Positions 25,340-35,200 of a stretch of DNA of 64,000 nt are shown here, piece after piece. Source of the DNA: Mobula hypostoma (Eukaryota); contig NC_086097.1 of assembly GCF_963921235.1 (NCBI RefSeq), positions 236,036,001-236,100,000 on the forward strand, given 5' to 3'. A program made the position numbers and the translations under genes. The notes under the pieces were generated by a model. That model did not search any database, was not told where the DNA came from, and saw only the letters and a list, made by a program, of their open reading frames with translations. Within the stretch, counting starts at the first letter, position 1. Every line of letters starts with the position of its first letter.

Positions 25340-26230
25340 ATATTTACATGGGAACAGATAACAGAGTTTGAGCTCCTAATTGAGTAAAACTTCTTGGTTT
25401 GTTAAGTTTAATGAGAGAATCCAGACAGAACATACCATCAGTGTTGAATCTAATGAAACATGGCTCATTGATGATATTGTAAAAGAATGGGATAAGATCT
25501 ATAAAATGCCTGCTACTAGTTTAGAGATAAGACCTCGTGGTCAGTTTAATCAACTGTGTGAGTGATTGAAAGAGTTAATGGAACGAGTAAAGTCTTTTAC
25601 TAATTGAACAAAACATGAAACTTGCACTAAACTACAAAAGCAGCAGAAGTTAGAGACAGTAAAAAGTCTAAAGAGCAAATTTTTGCATTAACTAGACGAG
25701 CGAAAGAATAGCACAATAATCCAATTGAAGTGCATTGTGCAGGGCTCAGAACCAACCTAAAACAAAATATAGAAGTGCAATTGCAACTTCATTTGGGTGG
25801 CCCTACTAACAATGCTTTCAGTGACATTGCTAGTGAGGTTGCTTCTGAAGTTCTGCCCAAGAAGTTACAGCTCAAATCGAACAGTCTCCCTGTATAGCGT
25901 CAGCATCTGAACACTCGAGAATGGCTGTTGACAGACTCAGGAGACAGTGACACCATCTGGATTCCGAAGAATTACAGGATGGACATGGCATGGACTCTAC
26001 CTCAGAAAGACCAAGGAAGTGAAGACATGCAGGACTGAAGATGAAACTGTTGTTAATCAATATATTGACAAGCTAGTAGCAGATCCACCGACTATTACTG
26101 AACCTCTGTCACAAAAAACTGTGGGTCAATTGTTTAAGAAAAATAACCAGATGGCTGGAGTCGCAAACATAAATTGAGGTGCTTTTATTTACCTCAAAAC
26201 AAGACAAAAACTGGGGGGAAATCCTAAATA
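25340..26230 (+). pseudogene. ERV gag relic
   Basis: Lies between the ERV leader and pol. Purine-rich broken ORFs; NIN*..TRQKLGGNP near 26165-26225 resembles a capsid major-homology-region Q..GE.P. Assignment is mostly positional. Confidence 0.5.
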
Positions 26231-27451
26231 TGTATATATAGCCACCCTCAGACTAAACACCAAAGAAAACTAACCCCAAAGCCTTGGTAACCTGAGGCTT
26301 ATAACTGCTAAGCCCCTCCTCCTAGAACAACCAAAAGTTAATTAACTCAATTATCCAATTAAAGATGGTATCCTCCACCATCAGCACACCTGTGCAGGTT
26401 GCTGCTGGCTCTATATGAGACAGCTCCATGCGGCAGCTCTGGTTCAGACCCAGTCACTATTACTGCTGGGGATGAGTGTTTTACTGAGTGCGCCATGTGC
26501 TGTCCGTAGTTAGTGATGGGCCTTCGTCACATTACCACCCTCCTGTCCTGCAGTGGCAATGTTTGGCAGTCTTGACAGGAAGTCCACTGTGATGTTCTCC
26601 TTGCCTGCTTTGTGCCGCACACAGAACCTGAAAGGTTGAAGTTCCAGGTACCACCTAGTCACCCTGGCATTCCCGTCCTTCATTGTCTGGATCCACGTCA
26701 GGGCTCTGTGGTCCGTCTGGAGGTCAAACTCCCTCCCAAGAAGGTAGTACCTGAGGCTGTCCAACACCCATTTGATTGCCAGACACTCCTTCTCAATTGT
26801 GAAGTACCGGGTTTCACGGGGTAGAAGTTTCCTGCTGGGATATAACACAGGACGTTCCTCACCTGGCTCTCCCTGGCTCAGTACTGCCCCGATGCCTGCA
26901 CCTGAGGCATCGACCTGCACCTGCAACACATCTGTATGGCCTAGTTTCTGTGTGGACAACTGAGGGAATATGTCAAATATGACTTGCAATTCAACTGGCT
27001 TCTTACCATCTAGGTGAGAGAGATCCACCTTGGCAGGCTGTTTCCAGGCCTCCAGGGCCTTCCCAGTCAGCAGGGGAATTAGTTGACAGAGCCACTCCTC
27101 CCAGGGCCACTGCCATGTTTTTTCCCTGCATTCAAAACGTAGAAGATAATTTTCAATGTCCTCACCTTGTTGATACACTGGTGTATATATATATAGCCAC
27201 CTTCAGACTAAACACCAAAGAAAACTAACCCCAAAGCCTTGGTAACCTGAGTCCCTAGACCAACCAAAAGCTAATTAAATCAGTTATCCAATTAAAGATG
27301 GTCTCCTCCACCATCAGCACAGCTGTGCAGGTTGCTGCTGCCTCTATATGAGACAGCTCTGGTTCAGACCCAGTCACTATTACTGCTGGGGATGAGTGTT
27401 TTACCGAGTGTGCCATGTGCTGTCCGTAGTTAGACATGGGCCTTCGTCACA
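26231..27451 (-). mobile_element. Internally deleted Gmr1-like Gypsy LTR element
   Basis: Direct repeats 26231-26531 and 27182-27451 (minus strand TGTGACGAAG...TATACA). ORF 26510-27178 fuses a gag piece (EDIENYLLRFE..LIPLLTGKALEA) to RNase H (VDASG..EKECLAIKW..TDH..DFLSR), which runs through the PPT into the 3' LTR. Confidence 0.82.
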
Positions 27452-28858
27452 ACCTCTCGACAATCTACTGAAGGACAGTCACTGCTCAGACATCCCTAGG
27501 AGTCTTAATGAAGTGAAAGTGTTTCACACTTTAAGGGTGACATTGTGTAGTGCACTTGCATTAAGAATCCCTGATACAGGTAAACTACTCTCCCTGTATA
27601 TCAACAAGAAACACGTGACAACATAATTAACTCAAAAACACGGAGACCCACAGCATTCTGTTGGTTATTACTCTGCCAAAGATCTGACTCTATACACTGA
27701 TGGCTCCTCAGCAATTGAGAAATGAATTCAAACGGTTGTTTCTGGAACTGAAGTATAGTCATCAGAAAGCCTGGGTCCTCATACTCTGTACAACAGGCAG
27801 AACTAGCCTGTGAGTCGGCAGAAGGATGATCATTAATATCTGCATTGATTCCCGATATGCTTTTGGAGTTGTTCATGATTTTGGAAGCGTATGGAGACAG
27901 AATTTCTTCCAGCTGTAGAAACCCCATTCAAGAATGCCCACCCAGTACAGAACTTATGGATGTCCTGCAGCTGGTGTCAGAAGTTGCCGTATTGAAATGT
28001 AAAAGCCACCCCAAAATAATGACCATGACAAGCTGCAGAAAGAAGTAAAATAAATTAAAAAAAAATCGAGAACATATGCAATGACCCCCACAAATGGAAT
28101 TATGGAAACAACATTGAATTCTGTATCAAAGATGAGCATAAAAGTTTAAGTGGCACAGCAAATACACTCTCTAGGGCTCATTGGAGTGGGAAAGATAATA
28201 CACAGATTCTCCCATTCGTGGTGGAATCCAAAATACATGGCACAAGCTCGACAAACATTTGAAAGAGGAATGACATGTCAGAAAACAAATCCTGGAACAA
28301 TGGGAAAGCTACCACAAATAAGTGGTCCTGCCCCACCTGGTCCATCTTTTCATTTACAAGTTGGCTGCATTTCTTTATTGAGGTATCAAGGATACTCAAA
28401 AGTACTGGTAATAGTGGATATGCTTTTAACATGGGTGGAAGCTGTACCAGCAAGTAAACTACTGCCATACACGCAACAAAAAATACCTAATCAAGAACTC
28501 TATTCCGTGATGGGGATTGCCACATCACATTGACTCTGACCAAGGAACACAGTTCACTGGAAGTGTTTGACAGGAATTATGTAAATTGATCAACATTGAA
28601 TGGTCCACGTCACCCAGGGTCATCAGGACAATTTGAACGAATGAATGAAATCATCAGACTAAGTAAGTATCATGAGGAAGGTGTCCATGGCTTATAGCTC
28701 TTCCTATAGTCTTATGTTACATAAGAACATCCCCAAAGAAGTAAACTAAACTAAGTCCATTTGAAGTAGTAACAGGGGACCTTTGTCATTGCTGGCTGCT
28801 CTTGGTCTCAAAGAGGTTGATATTATTGGCAGATGGTTTAGTTAACTATTGTGTGAAA

Positions 28859-29820
28859 TTAATTTAATTGACTTTATTTCTTACCTTCTTCACATACTAA
28901 AGGAGTAAAAATCTCTACGTTACTTCTCCATCTAAATGTGCAATGTACAATCATAGTAATTTATAATAATTTTAGATTATGATGACATGCAGTCCTCTTT
29001 TATTGTCATTTAGTGATGCATGCATTAAGAAATGATACAATATTTCCTCCGGTGTGATATCACCAAACACAGGACAGACCAAGACTGAAAAACCTGACAA
29101 AACCACATAATTATAACATATAGTTACAACAGTGCAACAATACCATAACTTGATGAAGAAGCCCATGAGCACAGTAAAGTTCAAAGTCTCTCAAATGTCC
29201 CACATCTCACGCAGACGGGAGAAGGAAAAAAAACTCTCCCTGCCATGCCAACCACAGTCCGACTCTGAGTCGTCCGAAAACTTCGAGCTCTGATCAGCTC
29301 TCCGACACTGAGTACTGAGCGCCATCTCTATCCGAACGATCCGACCTCCTTCTCGGTCGCCAAAAGCAAGCAAGGTCGGGGATTTTGAGGCCTACCCTCC
29401 GAAAGATTCCCGAACACGCAGTAACGACAGTAGCGAACGAGCATTTCAGAAATTTCTCCAGATGTTCCTCTGTGCTTTCACGTCCATTCTCCATCAAATC
29501 AGAATTGTCCACAGCCCCTATTTAACAGATACAATATAATTTTTCACTGGAGGGCAGCACACGCGCAGGCGCACCGTCATCTTCTCCTCCCGCCTCGAGG
29601 ATTGTTCTATTTATTTATAATAAATAGTACATCAATGTAATATAGAGTACACTGAAATCAGCATGAGTTCATCAGTCTGATGGTCTGGTGGTAGAAGCTG
29701 TCTCGGATCCCATTAGTCCTGGCTTTTATGCTGCAGCTGGAATAGATTGTGGTTGGGATGGCTTGGGTCCCCAATGATCCTACAGGCCCTTTTTAAACAC
29801 CTGTCCTTGTAAATGTCCCA
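28859..29820 (-). mobile_element. Rex1-like LINE 3' fragment inserted in ERV integrase
   Basis: Minus-strand DPSHPNH....NSFYHQTIRLMN-like end at about 29665-29820 and 3' UTR. Itself interrupted at 28970-29612. Confidence 0.6.
28970..29612 (-). mobile_element. Non-coding retroposed element of about 640 bp (family shared with 54620-55290)
   Basis: 11-bp TSD atttataataa (28959-28969, 29613-29623). Colinear with 54620-55290 from gaagatg at the 5' end to aataaa..catcataatcta at the 3' end. Confidence 0.8.
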
Positions 29821-30125
29821 TGCTGTTCAGACTGCTTCTCAACAGGTTTTCGTTGCTTGGAGTGATCCAACAGAGGAAAAGCAATCCTGATTCCTGGCAA
29901 GTGGGTCCTGATTAAGAAACAGCATAAGGAGCCACTGGGAGCTGGGTGGGAAGGTTCTTATCAAATACTGTTAATTACCAACTTAGCAATGAAAGTAAAA
30001 GGTAAAAGTAAGTAGATGCACACCAGCCACTGTAAGCAAGCTAAATTGGTACATGACGAGGACAACAAGCATTCTGGTTAATGTGCTAGAAACTTCAGAT
30101 TCAGTGCCTACACTGCTGGGCTACA

Positions 30126-31475
30126 GTGAACAAATCACCAAGCAGCCAGAAGACTTCAAGCAAGTCGACAACTACTGAACAATATGAAGTTTATTCTAAT
30201 ATTAGTTGTTATATTTTGCCAGTTTTCCCTACTCATAATGCGCCAATTGAGTTGACTCATAATGTCTACTTGCGAGTATCACACGAATTTGCTGATGCTG
30301 TTAATGCCTCTAGCTGTTGGCTATGTCAATATATACCGCTTGTCGTAAAATATTCACCAACGCTAGGCATTCCTGTAGACCCAGAACAAACATGCACCCT
30401 CTTTATTGAACATTCCAGCAATGGTGGCATTGACATTATGCCCCTGGTTCATTGTTCTTAAAGGAGATATTCTCCCCACATACCGGCTCATTTATGTAAA
30501 TACTGTATAATCAGCATGATTTAGAGAATATCATATCTGACCCAATTCATGTCTTATCCTGGGATATATAGTGCCCACATCTAATGTTCATGACAAAGCT
30601 TATAAATCTTTTCATGTGTTCACTATAAAAGCTACCTTTTGCTTGAGTTAGAAGGTATCATTCTAGTAGGGCATAGTTCATGCAATTACACTTTACATTG
30701 TCCTAAAATGAGGTAATAACTCTGAAATTTTTATTGATAATCAGAAAAGTATTACAATTCGATGAAGCTCCTGTCTAGTAATAAGAAATGGTCTAAACTC
30801 GTGGAAAAATACGTGCTATATGTACGGAAATGGAGCCTACATCTCTCTTCCATTTAATTGGTTAAGATCTTGTTGTTTAGGGTATTTTTTCACTTCCATT
30901 AGACATACACACACCTTACCTTTACCTTCTGTTTCTAGAGACATTTCAGAAAGTGAGCATTTTGCATCAATTTTATTCCATTTTTATGGTGCTGCAAAGA
31001 GTATAAGAGAGATTAAAAATGTCAATGCAGATTTAGAAGAGTAGGCAATGACACTGCTGAACCCTTGAGGCCTTGGGAAAGGTAACAACAGAAGTGGCTG
31101 CCATACGTAAGATGGTTCTTCAAAATTGTATGACATTAAATCTTCTTCAGCAGTTAAGGTCAGAACATGTGTAGTTATAGACAAAGTCTGTTGCATTTAC
31201 ATGCCTGGTGAGTCTGAAGACATAACTAATTTGGCTGATTAGATCTGTAAAGAAACAACTAAAAAACATCATTCTGATGGACTGGATTTCTTTGTTTGGA
31301 TTCATTCAAGTCTCGGAATCTGAGTTTACTCAATATCACTAAGCATATTATTCATGCTAATATTACCTTTTCATAAATTACATCTTTTTTACTTGTTAAA
31401 GATGTTTATTAATAGAACAGTTCATACTTGCAAAAGATTGCCCACTAATCTGCCTAACCGTGACAAAATCTTATG
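30126..31475 (+). pseudogene. ERV env relic (gamma-type envelope)
   Basis: SU CWLC (CXXC) at 30315-30326; GNGAYISLPFNW..CCLGY; decayed cleavage site SVSR/DISESEHFASILF near 30930; immunosuppressive-domain-like EVAAIRKMVLQNCMTL; CX6CC (CVVIDKVCC) at 31168-31194; hydrophobic anchor region at about 31320-31400. Confidence 0.88.
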
Positions 31476-31946
31476 AATACTTTGTAGAATATATACGCTT
31501 TGATGTTTTATAACCTAAGTAGTTTTTTTCATTATATTATACTTACTGTCAATGCCACAAGTTTTTAAGCCCCTGCATTTTCAGATATAATTATTCTAAA
31601 TGTGTGATTTAGAAAGGGGAGATTTTTGGATCCGACTGTTAAATTCTTAGATTAGATTGTTTAATTATTATTTCCTTGCAGTTTAACTTTTAATTACTAC
31701 TTGTATTTTAAGTAGTTTTTATATGCATATAATGGTTTAATATGTCTCTAGTGGCTATACAAAATAAAATTCTAGAAAGCTCTGGAAGCTTCATTGTTCT
31801 GCGTGACTTCATTAGAGCTTTCTCATTGGTTAACATGATACTGCAGTTTTTAAATAATCCCCTTCTAATTGATTAATTATTTGACTATAAATTTGAATGG
31901 AATTTTTCTTTAACACTGTCAGATAAAATAGCCAAACACAAAGCAA

Positions 31947-32583
31947 ACAACAGGAATTCTGCAGATGCTGGAAATTCAAGCAACACACATCAAAGTTGCT
32001 GGTGAACGCAGCAGGCCAGGCAGCATCTGTAGGAAGAGGTACAGTCGACGTTTCAGGCCGAGACCCTTCGTCAGGATTAACTGAAGGAAGAGTTAGTAAG
32101 AGATTTGAAAGTGGGAGGGGGAGGGGGAGATCCAAAATGATAGGAGAAAACAGGAGGGGGAGGGATAGAGCCAAGAGCTGGACAGGTGATTGGCAAAGGG
32201 GATATGAGAGGATCATGGGACAGGAGGCCCAGGGAGAAAGACAAGGGGGCGGGAACCCAGAGGATGGGCAAGAGGTATAGTCAGAGGGACAGAGGGAGAA
32301 AAAGGAGAGTGAGAGAAAGAATGTGTGTATAAAAATAAATAACGGATGGGGTACGAGGGGGAGGTGGGGCATTAGCGGAAGTTAGAGAAGTCAATGTTCA
32401 TGCCATCAGGTTGGAGGCTACCCAGACAGAATATAAGATGTTGTTCCTCCAACCTGAGTGTGGCTTCATCTTTACAGTAGAGGAGGCCGTGGATAGACGT
32501 CAGAATGGGAATGGGATATGGAATTAAAATGTGTGGCCACTGGGAGATCCTGCTTTCTCTGGCGGACAGAGTGTAGGTGTATT
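31947..32583 (-). mobile_element. Penelope-like element 3' fragment (GIY-YIG C-terminus + pLTR)
   Basis: Minus strand encodes LRLEEQHLIFCLGSLQPDGMNIDFSNFR*, then a pyrimidine-rich UTR and hammerhead core. 13-bp TSD aaacacaaagcaa (31934-31946, 32584-32596). Confidence 0.85.
32042..32078 (-). ncRNA. Minimal type I hammerhead ribozyme motif (Penelope pLTR)
   Basis: Minus strand reads aatc CTGACGA a gggt ctcg gcct GAAA cg TC gactg: intact core with palindromic ACGT stem III. Confidence 0.7.
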
Positions 32584-32765
32584 AAACACAAAGCAACACC
32601 ATTTTAGTGGATTAGTATCATAATCTTCTCAGCACCTTAGTGTTCTGCGACCAGCTTCGGCTCCTCATTTATTCAACAGAACCAAACCAGGCTGAAGGGT
32701 CTGCTTCTGTACTGTAGAGCTCTGACTCGATGACTCTAAGCACAGCACAGGACCAGGCCTACAAC

Positions 32766-33020
32766 AGGCACAGTAGTGTAGTGGTTAGTATAATTCTACA
32801 TTGGTCCAGTGACTCAGGTTCAATTCCCACCCCTGCCTGTAAGGAATTTGTATGTACTCCCTGTGACTGTGTAGATTTCCTCCCGGTGCTCCAGATTCCT
32901 CTCATATTCCAGAGACATAGATGTTAATTGGTCACATGGGTGTAGGTGTAATTGCAAGCCAAGGGCTTCTTAGACCAGAAGGGCCTGTTACCGTGCTGTA
33001 TCTCTAAGTTAAGTTAAAAA
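32766..33020 (+). mobile_element. V-SINE (HE1-like), near full length
   Basis: A-box-like tagtgtagtgg, B-box-like ggttcaattccc, V-domain, CR1-like tail gaagggcctgttaccgtgctgtatctctaa and an A-rich end. Confidence 0.75.
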
Positions 33021-33289
33021 AATAAATGAACAATGTTGTGTCAAGCGCATTAAATGATCACTCAAGTGGCCAACTAAACTAATCTCTACTGTCTACACAA
33101 AGACCATGTCAATCCATTTCCTGTACATTTATGTCCCTAAGAGCATCTTGAATGTCACTACTGTAGTTGCCACAGCATCACCCCATTCCACCACACTTAC
33201 CGCCACAGCTCCTTATCCCCTCGCGACTGAAATGTCTGCCCTCTGACTATAGAGGTCACGGTTCTGGGAGATGTGAGTAGAGCCGCATA

Positions 33290-34100
33290 ACCAGAAGGAC
33301 CTAGACAGATTAGTAGAATGGGAAAAGAAATGGCAGATGGAATGCAGTGTTGGGAAATGTATGGTCTTATATTGTGGTAGAAAAAAATGAAAGATAGAAG
33401 ATATAAAAAATCAGAGGTTCAAGGACTTGGGAGTCCTTGTGCAGGATTCCCTAAAGGTTAATTTTCAGGTTTAGTTTCTGGTGAGAAAGGCAAATGCAAT
33501 GTCAGTATTCATTTCAAGAGGATTCAAATATAAAAACAAGGATGGAATGTTGAAACTTTGTAAAGCACTGTTCAGGCCTCATTTGGTGTATTGTGAACAG
33601 GTGTGAGTCCCTTATCTAAGAAAGGATGTGCTGAAACTCGAGAGGTTCAAAGGAAGTTCACAAAAATGATTCCAGTATTGAATGGCTTGTCATATGAAGA
33701 GTATTTGATGGCTCTGGGCCTGTATTCACTAGACTTCAGAAGAATAAGAAGTGCCCTCATTGAAACCTATCAAATAATGAAAGACTTTGATAGAGTGGAT
33801 GTGGAGAGAATGTTTCCTATAGTGGGAGAGTCTAAGTCCAGAGCACACAGCCTCAGAACAGAAGAGCATCCTTTTACAATGAAGATGAGGAAGAATGCCT
33901 TTAGTCAGAGAGTGCTGAATCTGTGGAATTATTTGCTGTGGAGGTTTTATGTATATTTAAGGTAGAGGTTGATAGATTCTAGATTTGTCGGCGCATGAAT
34001 GGATAGAGAGAGAAAATTGAGGCTGAGAGGAAAATTGGATCAGCCATGATGAAATGATAGAGCAGATACTATGGACCAAATGACTTAATTCTTCTCATAT
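33290..34100 (+). mobile_element. CR1 LINE 3' fragment (degraded)
   Basis: DLDRLVEW.KKWQM, VQRKFTKMIP..ALGLYSL..FSQRVLNLWN, and 3' UTR gatcagccatgat. Confidence 0.88.
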
Positions 34101-34621
34101 GGGGAAATAAGTGTTTACAGTGGGGGATGGGAAGACTATGCTTGTATGGCTACTATTGTTCAATGGTCACTGTTCTTTCTCCACATACTTCAATGTACTG
34201 CATAAATCATATAATGTTTCTGTTATGAATTGTGCCTTTGGTTCTCGCAGTGCCAGCATTTTTTTTTGCTTAAATTTTCTTGTCCTTACTTTTGTGTGTC
34301 ATTTTTCATTGATTCTACTGTATTTCTTCATTCTACATGAATGCCTGCAAGAAAATGAATCTCAGGGTGATATATATGGTGATATATATGTACTTTCATA
34401 ACATTTGCTTTGAAAATTGAACTTTGAATAGAAAGGTTGTATTTGTGTGTTCAGGGACCATTCAGAAATTTAATGGTGAAGGGGAAGAAGCTGCCATAAA
34501 ACATTTAGTGCTAGTCTTCAGGCTTCTGCAGGTAGTGACAGGAAATGAGCATGTCCCTGATGGTGAGGGCCCTTAATTTGGATGTCTCCTTCTTCAGACA
34601 CCACCTTTAGAAAATCTCAAT

Positions 34622-35200
34622 GCTTTATTGTCGCTAAAAAATTGGTACTAGAACGTACAATCATCACAGCGATATTTGATTCTGCATTTCACACTCCCTG
34701 GATTACAAATATTAAAAATATTTAAAATAGTTAAAATTAGTAAATATTAAAAATTTAAATTATAAGTCATAATTAGAAAATAGAAAAGTGGAAAGTAAGG
34801 TAGTGCAAAAAACCGAGAGGCAGGTCCGGATATTTGGAGGGTACAGCCCAGATCTGGGTCAGGATCCGTTCAGCAGTCTTATCACAGTTGGAAAGAAGCT
34901 GTTCCCAAATCTGGCCGTATGAGTCTTCAAGCTCCTGAACCTTCTCCTGGAGGGAAGAGGGACGAAAAGTGTGTTGGCTGGGTGGGTGGTGTCCTTGATT
35001 ATCCTGGCAGCACTGCTCCAACAGCGTGCGGTGTAAAGTGAGTCTATGGATGGAAAATTGGTTTGTGTGATGTGCTGCGCTGTGTTCACGATCTTCTGCA
35101 GCTTCTTTTGGTCTTGGTCAGGACAACTTCCATACCAGGTTATGATGCACCCTAGAAGAATGCTTTCTACAGTGCATCTATAAAAATTAGTGAGGTTTTG
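34622..35200 (-). mobile_element. Rex1/Babar-like LINE 3' fragment (same family as 6948-7836)
   Basis: ORF 34859-35089 is nearly identical in translation to the C-terminus of ORF 6985-7587, and the 3' UTR is the same. Confidence 0.9.

Larger units (their letters stand above)
27452..30050 (+). pseudogene. ERV pol relic: RT connection, RNase H, integrase
   Basis: LCSALALRIPDTGK..LTQKHG; LYTDGSS (about 27690); QQAEL; DSRYAFGVVHDFG; VLKCKSH; WWNP..TCQKTNPG; VLVIVDM..WVEAVP; DSDQGTQFTG (about 28530); SSGQFERMN; WEGSYQILL..HTSHCK (about 29945-30035). Interrupted at 28859-29820. Confidence 0.88.
13990..32689 (+). mobile_element. Degraded endogenous retrovirus (class I, epsilon/gamma-like provirus) with nested insertions
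   Basis: Diverged direct LTRs at 13990-14380 and 31624-32689, PPT agaaaggggaga at 31611-31622, and gag, RT-connection, RNase H, integrase and env relics in order. The flanks rejoin into one CR1 3' tail (tagatgggc | ggctgaagggtctgcttctgtactgt). Confidence 0.88.
31624..32689 (+). repeat. ERV 3' LTR (interrupted by a Penelope fragment)
   Basis: Follows the PPT. Homologous to 13990-14380 on both sides of the 31947-32583 insertion. Confidence 0.8.

Noticed and set aside
31830..32372. 180-aa and overlapping ORFs, repeated at 48677-49061
   Set aside because: Stop-poor pyrimidine-rich Penelope 3' UTR downstream of the true GIY-YIG stop codon; no protein motifs.
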